A DNA stretch of 64,000 nucleotides from Dimorphilus gyrociliatus (taxonomy: Eukaryota; Animalia; Annelida). The stretch spans positions 2,740,335-2,804,334 of the forward strand of contig CAJFCJ010000012.1 of assembly GCA_904063045.1 (NCBI GenBank), in the 5' to 3' direction. Below the pieces are notes generated by a model, which was not told where the DNA came from, ran no database searches, and saw only the letters and a program-made list of their open reading frames with translations. Positions 36,601 to 51,230 of the stretch are shown here, piece by piece (within the stretch, counting starts at the first letter, position 1; each line of letters begins with the position of its first letter). The position numbers and the translations under genes were made by a program.

Positions 36601-39600
36601 AAATCAACAACTGGTATATCCGGTTCTAAAATAAGAAGTTAGATGAAGAAAAATAGAAAAAAAGAATTATATTACTCGGTAAGGTTTGACAAACTACAAT
36701 ATTTGAGATTGGTTGTTCACAATCATAATTGTTGAGTTTGACAAAAATCTCGGGCGAAAATTCAATTTGCTACAAAATATTTTAAAAATATGACTAATTT
36801 TTTTTTTGGACTCTAAAAATTGGAATATTTCTAACCAGAGTATCATAACTATAACATGAATTTTTCTGGAAAACAGAGCTTACTGTTCTCCATGAAGACA
36901 GTGACAATTTGTTATAGTTTCGTAAACGAACAGTTCGTTCAAGCTGTATACAAGACAAATTCAATTAATACAAAAATGCCTTTATTATAAATTTAATCTA
37001 ACCCTGACAATTTCAGGGTTTGGAAAATCCATACCAGTTTTGAAAAGATTATTGTGAAAACTACAAAATAGAGATGAATTTTCCTAAATTGTTTTTCTTA
37101 CTTACTTTCGACCTCATTTGATGTGGTATACTCATACTCAAACCACTAGGAGAAACGTAAATATTCTGCAATCTCTTATTTTGTACTTTTTTAATATCTA
37201 TTTGGAAAAGTAGAGAAAGAAAATTTTCAAATTATTCTTCTTACTGTTTCTTTTTATCTTTTAATAATTTTCAATTACTTACAGAAATAATTACCAATAG
37301 TAGATTCAATGAAATCGGACATGATGTCATCAGAGTGAATTATTGATTTAAAATACATGATGACAAATATATTATCAAATGTTGGAATATCTGGTAAAGT
37401 TTCATTTCTCTTTACGCATAATGTTTCCATTTCAATTATATTTTTATAAGATAAGCTATTTATATGTGTAAATGAAAAACAAATATCATAGAGCGAAATA
37501 ACAAATTCTCCAATACAACCAGTATTATTTCTAAATGAACATTCCAAAAAATAAGGAAACCACATTGGTCTTTGGCTAAAAAAAAGAAGATACAAAAGAT
37601 GAATATAAACTTATAAAACCTTCTTTTATTTTTTTATTACAAACACTTTAGTTTCAAATGAACAATTGTGAAGAGAAGTTGCATTTCTACTACAACTAAT
37701 TGTTTCATATAGCTCGATGATTTTTTTCTCTTTAAAGATGATATTTAACATTGACTGATTTGGATCTTTAACTATAGTTCCATAAGTAAATCCAAAAAAT
37801 GTACATAATTTTATGGATTCAAATTGTTTAATATATTTAAATTTACGCCATTCTCCAAAATGCAATACTTGAAATAATCCAGTAAAAGAAGTAAAATTAT
37901 GACTTTTATTGGCGTACAGTACATGTTGATATTCATTTGTTAATGTCATATCTAATAGAATAGTATGGGCAAAAAAAGTGGGTCAATACCTTGATTATAT
38001 ATTAGATAAGATTGGATAATTTCATACGCTTTGCTGTAATTTTAAAACGGCTTAACTAATATCATGGATGGTCGTTACGCCCACATTTGCTATAGAATCC
38101 TGTCTCGGAGGATATGAAAATTTGGACAAATTCAAAAAAGAGTTTGGGAATTTTCTCAACAGAAAATCATGCTATTTCTACTAGAATAGTATAGACCTAC
38201 TTCTAACAAATGGCAGACATGTATAGACAATGGAAGGGAATAGCACAAAATATAACTGTTAATTGTTTCAACAGTAGACTATAGACTATCATATTGAATA
38301 ATACAGCGTATGAAATTTTAACATCATTTCTAAACAGAATGACAATTGAGAATATTTTACTTAGTTCTGCTCGAGATTCTTCACAAATTGGATTATATAC
38401 ATTTACAGTTAATCTCCTAGTATGCACTTTTAAATCACATGAATTTTCCATTTTAGATACATTTTCACACAAAAACATATGAGGTTCATCCTGGGCAAGT
38501 AGGAAGGAAAAAAGAAAAATTCGAAATCTATTACAGTGTTGATCATTATTTGATATTTACATTTATGAATATCTTTTCAGAGAAACATAATGAAGGAGCA
38601 GACAACAATGACAATTCATTGCATATCACTTTGCAAGCTACATATTTTTTTACTTTAAGTATAAATAAAGTATTTATAGAACCAAACGTTTTTGATTCAT
38701 AGTAATAGTCTCCAATAGTTTTAAATCTTTGTTTCAATTCAAAATGGCTGTCTTTATTGTTTTTTAACTTTTTTAATTTTATATCTATTTTATAAATTAA
38801 AATCATGTAAAATTTAAAAAGTTGGCAAAGTGTTAGAATATAATATTAAAAACCTTCTAATTGAAAAAATGTACAATTAACTCTCGTAAAATGTTCAGAT
38901 TGTGAATCTGATATTATTGAAATTTTCTTATTTATTAAGACATTACCAGAGATATTTATAGAATTTTCCAATGTTTTTTGATAAATGAATAAACTACTAT
39001 TACAAATTTCATTTTTTTTGATAGTTTTATCATAGAAAATATTAAAACTATTCTGTTGATATCTTAAAAATGGTAGATAAAAATTTTTCTGAACTTTAAA
39101 TGTAAACTTGTCTATAAAATATTTTATATTATATTCATATTTTTAAAATAAATATTCCATATTTACATGAAAAGTCTTTTTTAAAACACTTCAGTGTTGA
39201 TCCTTGTTCAGTTGTTGAATTCTCTAAAACACTTTGAAAAAAATGTAATAAACACATTTCTATTTATGTTAATCATTTGTTTTCATATACTTACATAATA
39301 CAGCATGAATCCATAATTGGTTTTTTGATGGATACTACTAATTGGTTATTTTCTTTTAATTTTGTATATCTTAACAATGAATGAAGAAAATCGTATCCCA
39401 ATAATTTACAAAAATGATTTGTTGCAAGAATATTTAATTTTGAATATTTAAAATAACGAAAAGTTTCTTCATTGTTGGCTTTAAATTTCAAAATTCCAAT
39501 AACAAAACTTGAAGTATTGTTAACAATTTCAAGTGATAATTTACCGTCAATAATATTAATATATCTAGCTGAATTTAAATGAGATATTAGCATAAATTTG

Positions 39601-40908
39601 AAAAATAATGTTTAAATTACCAAATTTAGCTTTTGTTTGGCATTTAGTATATATAACATTAATTGGTATTTCTTTATTATAAATTTTGTAAAAGCAGCCA
39701 TTAATTTGGTTATTTTTTAATGTACAATTTGTTAATATTGGATAAATAGACTTTTGAATGAAAAGAAAAGCAAGTTAAAGTCAAAAAAAAGATAAAAAAC
39801 AACTGTTGAAAATAACTTGAACCTTTTGTAAGATTGTTTTATGTTTACAAATTTTAGAAACCTTATTATTTAAACTATATTGACATATATATTGACAAGC
39901 AATAATTGGTTGTATATTATTTTGAAAACCAACTGGAAATATTTTCAATGATTTTGTTAAAAAAAATTGTAAATGATCCGGATATCTTGCGAAATAAGTT
40001 GTATATATTACATCAATGTTCCTTTCAATGACTTTAATGTCTTAAAATATTTTAATTTTAATTTTAAAAAAATAATTTAAATTTATCTTATTTTTTTTTT
40101 TGAACCATTCAATTCCATATATGTGCATTTTTGAACAGCTTCAGTATCTGTTAAAGTTGTGAATTTTTTTCGAATAGCTCTCTTTCCATCAAGTGATAAA
40201 ATAACAGCTTTCTTATTCATAAATTGATAATTTAAGTTTGTATCTTCAATACTAAAAAGAGATTTGTTACAAATTTCACTTCTTATCGATTGTGAAATTT
40301 GAATAGGATAGACTCTATTATTCCGATGTTTGAAATATAATACATAATTATTAAAGTCGCTCATAACTGTAAATATATCTATAAATATAAAATGAAAGAA
40401 GATACATTTTTTTTAGAAAATGAAAACAAAATCAATATACAATCAATAGATTTTTTGAAGCATTTTAACAAAAGAACTTGACGTCTTTGACAAGTCAATT
40501 CACTATAACTGTATGAAAAATTTTCAATTATTTAAATATTAAAATTTAGAAAAAAATTATTAATCACTATTGGCAACAAGTTCCATTGTCATACAGTTTT
40601 ATTTTCATACAAAAACCTTCGATTTTATCTCTTCCGCTTAACGAAAACGAATTAAATGAATCGAAATTTAAATCTTTGCATACTTTATTCAACATCCAAG
40701 ACTCATAAAAACTATAGACGAATGTATTAACATCCACTTCGCTTTTCACTTGTACTTCTCCAAATATATATATTTCCGTTTCCTCTATGGGTTCAATATG
40801 CAATTTTGCACCATCCAAAAAATAAACAGTTTTGAAACATAGAATTTTCAATAATTGGGAAAAGAAATATAAAGAGAAAAAACTCCAACGAGAATTGGTT
40901 AACATCAT
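33689..40908 (-). CDS. GRL101-type LDLa-LRR-7TM receptor, gene 2 (5' exons may be partly decayed)
   Basis: LDLa exons about 35580-36720; LRR and TM1-4 in 34224-35474 (SIERY); TM5-7 in 33689-34123 (VLNPF); N-terminal modules homologous to gene 1. Confidence 0.8.
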
Positions 40909-42164
40909 TACTACACAAATGATCTTAAGTAAAATGAACTTTTATTAAAAGCAAAATCTTCTCAACTTTTAAATTCATTCATTTAAAAACAAATTTAAAC
41001 TGATTAAACACCAAATAAATTGAATTATAAATGATATAGGACTAGCGTATTTTCTTTCTTTCTCTTGATATTATATAACAGTTGAATGTAATTTAAAGGA
41101 TACTTAGGATAATAAGAATACTTGTATTCCATGTAGTAACAGCATTAAATCAATAACATTCCTCTTTGACATAAAACTAACATTTTATAAGAAACACATT
41201 TCTACGGCTATTAAATGTGTTTTTTATGCGTTTGATTCAAATCCTAGTCTGACCTTTGACCTAACCATCATTTCACAATTCTTTACCAATTTCACTATGA
41301 AGCTAAACATAGCTCTGAAATTTTTAAATGTATGTCATGTTTATAGCCTTGAACCTTAAGGCAAATATTGAAATGTCTATTTTAGGTTATAAAATGAGTG
41401 AACATGTATAATTAACGTCAACAAGAACTTTCATTAATTTATTAAAACAAAATAAAAGCTTAAAACAGATATTCAATTGTTCAAAGTAGAAAGATCTTTT
41501 GAGGAGTTTAAATAGAAATATTTTAATGTTTAAAAATCTAAAAGAATGGAAAGAAAAAGGTAAAGGACACAGTTGAAATATTAAAAATATTAAAAATATC
41601 AGAAGAATCTACGTAGATTAATGTATAATAGGAAATAGTCCTACATGTGTGTGCGCGCGTCTGTGTTTGTGTATGTGTCTGTCTGTCTGAGAGAATTGAA
41701 TATTTGTTTGAAATTTCCAAGATTACATAGGGAAGAGAGTGAATTTGTCTGTATTACACGTTCTTTAATATATTCAATATCTTGTAGAGACTTTCAAAAT
41801 TCATGCAACAACTCAGATAATTCATTTCCGCTCAATTTTTCATAACATTAATATTTATTGTTTTGAAAGACTTTTTGCTCATTTTTTGACGTGTTCTCAT
41901 AGAAAAAGCTCTCTTTTTTCTATTAATTACGCAATGAAACTAATAGGATTATTCTTAATCTTGACTTTAGAAAGTTGCATCTTTTGTGGTATGTTCAATT
42001 GTATTTCTTTTTTTATTTAACAACTGCAAAAGAGAAATAAATCCATTTATAGAGAAGATATGCTCGGGTGAGAATGATTGTGAATTTTATGAAAATTGCC
42101 AAGGAAACATTTGCAGCTGTGATAAAACATTCGGTTTAGGAATCTGTGCAGATGGTAAATGAAA

Positions 42165-42370
42165 GAGATTGAACAAAAACGGCCGTAAATTAAATATTTG
42201 AAGGTCAAATTTCAGGCTGGGAAATGGTTAGGGGAATAAGATAGCTATTGATACGTACTTAGGATGGTCCCATCAAAGGAATAGGAGCATTGAAAAGGTT
42301 TAGGCAAAAACAAGGGCTAGGTTAGTGTTAGGGTAAAATCATAGATCTATGGCCGTTTTCTACCGCATCC
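42165..42370. mobile_element. MITE with TTAGGG-like core (MULE-type family)
   Basis: AAAAACGGCC...GGCCGTTTTC inverted repeat, ggttagtgttaggg core, flanks taaatgaaa/taactaaaa. Confidence 0.55.
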
Positions 42371-42384
42371 TAACTAAAATAAAA

Positions 42385-45300
42385 ATGAATTTTTTTCATT
42401 TTTTATATTTTTAACATTTGTTTCAAGGGGAAAATTTAATTTTTGAACCTGGAAAAACTGCTTCAAGATATTCGAATACTATATATATAGGTTTTACTTT
42501 GGAATATTGTTATAGAATTTGCAAACAAATTAGTCATTTTGAATGCGTTAGTTTCGCACGGCGTGGATACTTTTGCTATGTGTTTCCCAAAGTTGATTAT
42601 CCTTTAATGGATAGTTTACGTACTTCACTATTTATTCTTAAAGGTATGTATTCTGTGTAAAGAGTGGAGTATACAAACAAAAATTGACGACAAAACATAA
42701 AAAATAGACAAAAGATTAGGAGTTTGTGGTGCGAAGAATACTGCAACGCCACCTACCGATGAATGTTTTACCTTCTTAATGAATGACAATGGATGTCCAA
42801 CAAAAAACTTTGAAGCACATCCATACCACAAAGAGATGACTATTGAAGAATTTAGTTCATCAGTGAATCTTAGCTCTCAAATTATACGACAATCAAAATA
42901 CAATAAAACTGTAAAGAATGAATATATCCGACAAGTTTGCTTGGGAAACTCAGGAATTAACATTGAAAATGTTGCCCTACACAAACAGGTTTCACATCTG
43001 GGATATTTTAAAAATCCTCTATATCATCCTACTCATGCTGTTGATGGTTTACGTCTGAGTAATGCCAGCCATGGAACCTGTGTACTTTTGGAAATGTTGG
43101 AAACTGTTCAACCCACTTTAAAAATAATGTTAAATGCATTTCATGCAGTAAGAAAAGTTGTAATTTGGCCAACTAATGAAAATGGTGAGAAAAAAAACTT
43201 GATTATTCATAAATAAATAGTATTACCCCTATTTTGTAGTCTATCAACTATTCTTAATCTACATGCAAGATAGAAATGATACATGCAAAGATAACATTCT
43301 TGTTAAAAACAATACTGAAACAGAAGTTTATTGTTCAGCCACAATGAATAGTCACGATGTTATAAGCATTGAACAAAAATTAAAGTCTCCCCTTTATATT
43401 TGTGAAATTGAGGTTTTTTCAGGTAAAATTAAAGAGAGAAAGTGAGAGAGAGAGAGAGAGAAATGCCTGTTTTTATATATGTTTTGACATGGCAAAGATT
43501 TATCATCCCTTTTTTCTCTTATCAACAGAAAATCTTGCCACGAAAAAGCTATTCCTAACAAAACAGGTTTCACACAATGGCAAACTTAATGATGGATTTC
43601 TCAATAATTATTTGAGTTATTCACTAAAACAAGAAATTTGGATTGCTATTAATCTATTAGCATACTATAATGTCTATGGATTTGATGCTAAAGTTCCGCA
43701 AGCTTATTCCGGAAATTTTGGAAACTTTTATGTAGAAGTATCCAATGATAATCCTAGCTTATTTGAGCATTCAATTGAATCAAAAAAATGTATTGAGATT
43801 GATAATTTCCCTATACAAAGTGAAAATTTTCAAACATTTGGATGTGTTAAAGGAGGTGTTGAAGGTCAATTCTTCAAAATTCTTACCAAATCTGCTTCTT
43901 CTATTCAATTCTCTGCAAATGAGATTGAAATATTTGGAATATATTTAAGATCTTCTGATCAGAAGAATAATAATTTATTGTTTCATAAACCATCTTGGGC
44001 TTCAAGTGTACAACAAAATTTGTATTCAGGTTTCAGATTAACAGATGGAGAGGACAATGCCTATTTCAAAACCAATCTCCAAGCGTATCCATGGTGTAGA
44101 ATAGACCTACTAGGAGTATTTCGAATTAATTCGATGGGTATTATAGGCTGGGTTTCACAGCGTAAGATAACAAAATATAATTAACCAAACGAAGATGATG
44201 AGATGATTTTGTAAACATTTTTTTAGATGCTTCATTATTTCACTTGAGAGGATTAGTATCATATAAATATGATTTCTCTCCACAAAATACAGGGGATAGC
44301 TTTCAAACTTGTTTTATTAATAATATTCATATGTCGCCAAGGGAATATAGAATATGGAATTGCACAATGTCAAATCCAACTGGTCGATATGTAACATTTT
44401 ATTTGCATGCTTCCAGTCAATTACTTTTGCAAGAGGCAGAAGTTTATGGTGAAGAAATTATTAATAATAATTTCTATAATTTACCAATAGTATTGGCTGA
44501 TAGAAATTCAAATAATACTGGTTTCCCATCAATTCCTCATAAAGATCAATTTCCTTCTAAAGCTATAGACAGGCTGCCACACAATATTTATCATGAAGAA
44601 CTTTACTACTCTTGTTCAAGTAATTATCTAGCTAATGGTGAAGAGGGAAAATTTACATTCCATTTGGATAATCATTATCTAATACATCAAATTGTTCTTC
44701 TTTTACGAATTGATTCGAGTAATAACAAAGAACAATTCTCCTCCTCATCAACATTAATTAAAACAGTTTTCTTTTTTCAATAGATGATATTCGAGATGTT
44801 CAACTTGTAGTTGAGAATAATCTCTTTCCCGCAACTCAAAGGCAAATATGCGATTTGCAGACCACTAATAAAGGATATGGTTCTTATCAAGCATTCAACT
44901 GTTCTCTTGTAGGTGATAGAGTATCATTCTATAAAATTGGTGGTAATAATTTATTCTCCATTTGTGAAATATACGTTTTTGGAAGAAAACAACCTTACAG
45001 TTTAAATGGTTATTTTTTTAAACAAATATCTTTTACCAGTTTAGTTAAAGGTTGTTTTTTTTTCACAGAATATGGTAATATGGTTTTGGCAGAAAGAGGA
45101 TTTTCATCATATTCATCAGATATAATATTAAATACTAATTGTAATTTCCATACAAGAGATATTTACATTCAATTTCCAAATAATTACAGATTTACTGCAG
45201 TTGGTTTTACAATAATGACAACTGCAAATGTTATAGATGGTCTAAATATCTATGGAATAGAATACAATACTCCCAATCTTTGTGTACAAGTTAAATATAA

Positions 45301-45778
45301 CATCAAAATTATAAAACCAACAATTTTTACCTTCAATTGTGAAAGTGAAATGATTGCGAAATATATTCAAATTAAGTCTATCAGCTCTTTTTTCCAATTT
45401 TGTAACTTTTTTATTATAAGTAAAGGAATAAGTCAAAATAATCAACAAGGTTCTTTTTTACAAACATTTTTTCATGGATCAAACATTTTTTCTTTCTTTT
45501 CAGATAATTTTAGATTAGAGAATAAAAGATTATTAAAACCTGCTTACAGCTTCTATACAGAAAAAACAAGAAACGCTTTGGAATGTTATCATAATTGTTC
45601 ACAAAATTCACTTTGTGCTGATATTTCGTATAAAGAAGCAAATGCTGAATGTTCATTTAGTATATTTCATATATTGCCTCTTTTTAAGCATGTATTGACA
45701 AGTTCTTCAAACGATTATCAGCATTCTATTTCACAGAAACAGCAGATTGATTCAACTCTAGTTTGTTCAATAGGTTAA
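42385..45778 (+). CDS. PAN/apple + tandem F-type-lectin (FA58C/FTP)-like domains + PAN; multi-exon; in-frame TAA at 42412-42414 in the signal peptide
   Basis: CYRICKQISHFECVSF (PAN); NVALHKQVSH...HAVDG, NLLFHKPSWASS...PWCRIDL (FTP-like); C-terminal ECYHNCSQNSLCADISY (PAN). Confidence 0.8.
43441..43461. repeat. (GA)n microsatellite in a lectin-gene intron
   Basis: Direct inspection. Confidence 0.85.
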
Positions 45779-46444
45779 TGTATAGTTTTTGTGAATATTT
45801 TTATGAATTGTTGACTGTTTCTATTTGACAATACTCTAATGAATGTTATCATACCTACAATTAGCAAATATCTGTTTAATGAATCTGCTGTTGCCGTCTT
45901 GGATGAAATTTTTTTTAAACCACGTTTATTCCATAGATTATTGAATTACTTTTGTGATTTTGGGAAAGATACCCCATTTTTAACAGTTTAACCCTAACTC
46001 TAACCCATCAGTTATCTAAACTTTAAACTACTATGTCTGTTTCTCCCTATCACATTTTTTTTGTGAGTTGTTTTAAAAATTTTTGAGTGGGTTTCTATTG
46101 CAAGATATTTTAATAAATACTATCGTATCAACAATTTGTTGTGTAGAAATACGTATTTCAGGTTTACTGAAATTCCAAAACCTTTTTAAATAAATCTTCT
46201 TATACAATCTTTAAAAGTGTGAAAAACTAACTTTTCTCTTTTTCTTTTCAACTGATTATTTTTTTACTAAGTGATTGCCAAAAAGACGAAAATTTCGTAT
46301 CACTCAGATGCTGAATTAAGAGGATACCTGTTATTATATGATGAACAAGGCAATTCTTTAGAAAAGTTACTTAAGAACTGTTCCAACATAGACAACAATA
46401 ATTTGGTGTCAAATATGTTGGGATTGACTACTTTGAGCCATCAA

Positions 46445-46900
46445 AATTAAAAAGAGCAGGCAAGGCCTATATGTTACTTCTCATCTGCTTACAGAGCTAG
46501 ATAGTGAGGCTTGAGATGAGAGAAGGTCTGGATGCAAACTTCATCAAGATAGAACTCGAAAGGGTGTTAGCAAAACGAAGAAAACCCTTAGTAATTCAGT
46601 TTATTTCTAGACCTTCATATCAATGGCGAAAGGACTCACTTCGAATAGAGCAAAGCCATCTAACCAAGGAAGATTATGGGAAGTGCTTGTGAAGGCAGCC
46701 AAATACTTGGCAAAGCCAATGCTCTACAATCAATGGTCCCACAAAAGGTGATTCACTCTATGGGAATTAGTGAAAAAGGTAGTTAATGACAATCTACTCC
46801 AGCAACGGATGGATAACCCTGGCCAGGTATTGGTGACGCCCAGCTCAATTAGGAGGGAATAAGGGACAATGGAGTGAGAGTAGATGCATGGCAAAATCAC
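46445..46900 (+). mobile_element. BEL/Pao integrase relic
   Basis: Nucleotide similarity to 32250-32380 (GKAY.LLLICLQS..VRLE). Confidence 0.7.
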
Positions 46901-47228
46901 ATGACTTTCCTTAATTTTCTTGCTTGTATTTTGTAATAGGATTATCTTCAAACATATTAATTTTGCTTCTGTATATTTTTCATGAAAACATTTACTTTGT
47001 CTAATTCTTAACCAACTCTAGAGTATTTAACTTTTTTCAATAATTTTCGATGTTTTAACAATATTTCCTTGTATAAAAAGGAACCGCTCTTTAAACAAAA
47101 TCTGCATTGTTCACGTTGCAACTACAACATCTTTGTACTATTACAAGTTCACAGAAACACAACAATATAATAGTAACTCAAATTGTGAAAAAGGTCAAGG
47201 TTAAAAGATCATTTTTTCATATTTTAGG

Positions 47229-49210
47229 TTAAATATTTGAAAAGAAAAGTTGACAAGATAACTGTTGATTAAAATCAAAAAATTTGTCTGTTAAAATAAA
47301 AAGGACAGTCTTATTCAATGTAAAATCTCCAATCCTTTTACAATTCAAAGTCAAATATGTCTTTATGTTTATTTTATTAAATGAACAATTTAAACCAATT
47401 TCTGGATTTTGTTTGGAATTTTTAGAAAAATTTCCATCACTGAATTCATTTAAATTTAATTGTTTTTGAATGAAAGTTAATGGATTAATTATCTTAATCA
47501 TTATTTCTTCATCAGATTCAAACTTTAACTGAAAGAACGAATTCTTTGATTTTCTGGGTACAGTAACATACAAGTACTCATTGAACTTGTTATAGACAAT
47601 TGACATTCTACTATTAGTATTTTTTATTAAAGTAATTTTCCTTCCTCCTAAAGAGAAGATGAAATGTTATGTACAATTTAAAAGCACCAAAAGTAATCAA
47701 ACCTTTGAAATCAACTTTTACATAATTAATAACATTTGGCAATTTATTTTTAAATGTTATATGAGTAATATTAAGCGGAAGTGGAAAAGTTGATTCAATT
47801 ATACCCAATAAAATCACATTGTTATCTTCAATTAAACCAAATTTCACTTGTGTGCATGTAAATTCAAGCCAGAAAAGTTTCCATTCTGAACAATTTAATA
47901 ATTGTTGTAAATGATTAATTATAAGGCTTTTTCTTTCTGGTTTTAGTAATGTCAAAAAAGACTGCCCTATTGTATTGTGAGTTATTGAGCAGATAATTTC
48001 ATCATTGCATTTAAAACTGACTACGAGAGAATTGCACAAGCTGAATAAACTACCTTTCACCTGATATTTAAACTCCTTTAGATTGTTTAAATCCTTATTG
48101 GACAGATGATAAATGACATCATTAGTTGTTTGAATGTTAAAAATACTACTGTCAACATCAGCTTTTGTATAAACATCAATCATTGAAATAGAAAATTTTT
48201 GAACATTGTAAACTTGTAAGATTTTCAAATGAAACCAAAGTTCATTGAATGTACTTGAATAATCTTTGCAATTTCTTTGTATTCCTTGTATTAAATCAAA
48301 TTCTTGGCTAGAGGCAAAGCTCCATTTTACCAACATGCTTTTTATGATTATGTCCTCATTAAATCTTTTCAAGATATTTTTTAATTGAAAATTACAAGAT
48401 AAATTCTTAAAAAAAGAAGATATTTTTACCTTTCTGTTACACAATATTGATTTGGTTTAGCTGAATAGGCAAAAGTAATATTTATATATTCTCCAATGCA
48501 ACCACTAATACATTCTGGATTCCAAAAACTATGGAAACTTGGTTCAAGGGCATTATCACAAATGCCACTAGATGCAGAACATATTGCCCCAATATCGCCT
48601 TTTGAAATGCTTGTATAAATTATATCATCATTTCCATCATCAGCTAGAAGAAATATTTAAAAATTACATTGTTTTGATAATGGAAAATTTGTATTATTAA
48701 ATGTTTACCTGTATAAGAAAATACCAAAATTGAACTAAATCTTATATGATTCATACCACTGTGTCCTTCAAATGGTTGTAAATGAATGTACTCAACAGAT
48801 TCTCCTTGACCATCTTCCAATAGATAACATGTTTCATAACTATCCAATTTATAAATAAAAGTTGGCCCTCTGCTAAAAGTGACATTTAAAAGTTCAATTT
48901 TATACATTTTCGCTATAATTCTTTGATTTAAACAAAATGAAATAATATTGTATGTTTTAAAAAAATTGACTTTAATCCATTGATGAGCGCAATCATCGGG
49001 TGAACAAAAAGATGCCCAACCACCCATAACCAACTGCTTATCTTCAAGAGCATTTTCACAATTATAAGTAAAACTACCAATATAAGGATGATGTGATGAT
49101 TCTTCACAAGTAGCCAAATTATGTCTATAGGCCACATTGAGAAGTTTTGCAAAAGCAGTTACATGGAATGATAAGAAAATAATAAAAGAAGTTATAAAGT
49201 AACTGTTCAT
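47229..49210 (-). CDS. Secreted or surface protein: signal peptide + FA58C/discoidin-like + FAMeT (Methyltransf_FA)-like domain; multi-exon
   Basis: MNSYFITSFIIFLSFHVTAFA; NVAY...GGWASF...QWIKVNF; LNCSEWKLFWLEF...KFGL matches the FAMeT-domain LS..E...FWI.W pattern. Confidence 0.65.
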
Positions 49211-51230
49211 TGTAAATTTCTTATTACAAATGTAAATTTCTTAAAATGTTAATTATTAAAAGCGAGATATTAATTATTTATAATCTAAACACATTAAGTA
49301 GTTGATTTTAGAAATTTTGAATAAGAACTATTTCAATTTGGCTATTGTTAACAAAAAATTCTTTTTTGTCTCAGGGTTTGTTATGTGTAATTATACAATT
49401 TATTATTAATATTCTTTTGCTCATTGTAAATCGAAAAACAGTTAATGTCATTAGAGGAAGGAACTGGTCAACAATAGAAAAAAAATTGATTTTGTTGTAG
49501 CTAACAAGAACTGAGACAAAAAAAACTATATGTTTTATGAATTTTCTTATATTGTAGTTTATTAAACATGTTCAATTTTAAAAAATGGATGTCATGGAAA
49601 ACATCAATAAATTTATTAATAGTGTGAATGTTTAAGTTATTAGAAAATCAATGTTTTCATTGTTAAGAATACAGAAGAACTATCTGAGGCATAAAAAATA
49701 ATTTTTATTATTTTTTATTTTTAAATATGTACATTGTAAATGTGTAGAAAATATTTTAAGCACTTGGTTATTAGCGTTTTCTATGACCCTCTTCCATTCA
49801 CCCTCATGTATTATAGTTGTCTGTTTGTAGGTTTTAATCTCGCAAGGTTTCCTTTTGAAGATGAGTAAGGGATAATTTTTTGTGTGACTTTCAAAATAGC
49901 ATGAAATCCTAAATTCACTCTTTCTACAATTTAGTTTCTGCTAAAAATGAAAACTACCAATGATTGTCCCTAAAAATTATTCAGATGAGTCATCTCTTTA
50001 TTGAAATTTTTACATGTGATAAAAAATTCAATGGGTTTTGACATGAATTTTACAAATGACATTATCTCTTTCATCAAAGGTTACATTGCATAAAATAGAA
50101 ATTCTCTTTTTTAAAATTACAGCATTGAAATATATCTTGTTCAAGAGAGATACGTAGTGGAATTGTAGCTTGACGGGCAAACTGACCTTGAACTGTTTTG
50201 GAACTAAATTTCGAAGCTTATTGTTCATGATTCAATGGTTATTGAGAGTATTGGAAAACAAATACTAAGATTGGTTTCCCTTGGTTCTTTTAGTCTTGAT
50301 TTTTTTCTATTATTATTAGCTAACCTCCTTAGATTTTCCATCTTTGGCAAGCTTTTTTTCACTTTCATTTAAATTTCATTTAAAGGTGATTTGTTGCAAG
50401 AATCAGTTCAATTTGTGAAATATAGGATTACTAAAAATAGTGTCTTAATTTGCAAACAGCATAGTTTACCTAAGGAGAATCAATACAGTGGCATGGAATG
50501 ATACATTTGATAATTTTTGTGATATGGACTCTATCTAAAATATGGGTGTATCGAAAGCTTGATTATATCCTAATCTTCTAGACAAAATTAAGAAAGAACA
50601 ACAAACTACATATTTATTTCATTCAAATTTGCTACTATTTAGAAATTAAAGATCGCTTTTGAAGTATTTTTCTAACAAAATTTCCAAAATCTTCAATATC
50701 TTCATAAATACATGCAATAGAAGAGCTCTTCAATTTCTCTATTGATACAAAATGTTCCCTGGTTATTGTCTATAATGGAAAAGATCATTAGTTAAATTGT
50801 ATTTTCTTTGTGAGAGATTAATTTTGACAAAAATGAAAAATTCATACATCATACACAACAGTTTTCAAGTCAAGTTTCTGATCCAGGCATAATGAATGAC
50901 TGTGAACATGTTCCAATGCTTTTGTTACAGCTTTTATGATAAGTAAATATTTTAAGTTTTTAAACATGTTGCTATTAATTATGATTTCTTCAATAACACG
51001 ATTTCTTTTGATATGAAAAATATGATTTTGATCTGCTCCATTAATGTAATCCAAGACTATTTTTTGAAACAGTGAAAATTAAGATTTAATTTGAGAAATA
51101 TTCTTTTTAATAATTACAGTTAGCTTCTATCTTAGATATCTCTAGTTCAACTCTCAATTGCCTTAAAAAGTAGACAAAAAAAGACACTTCCGGTTAAGAT
51201 GGAAGACTATTAAATAGATAGAATAATATA

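Noticed and set aside
41250-41262. DR1 nuclear-receptor site TGACCTTTGACCT upstream of GPCR gene 2
   Set aside because: A single short motif that also occurs in invertebrate repeats; function cannot be supported.
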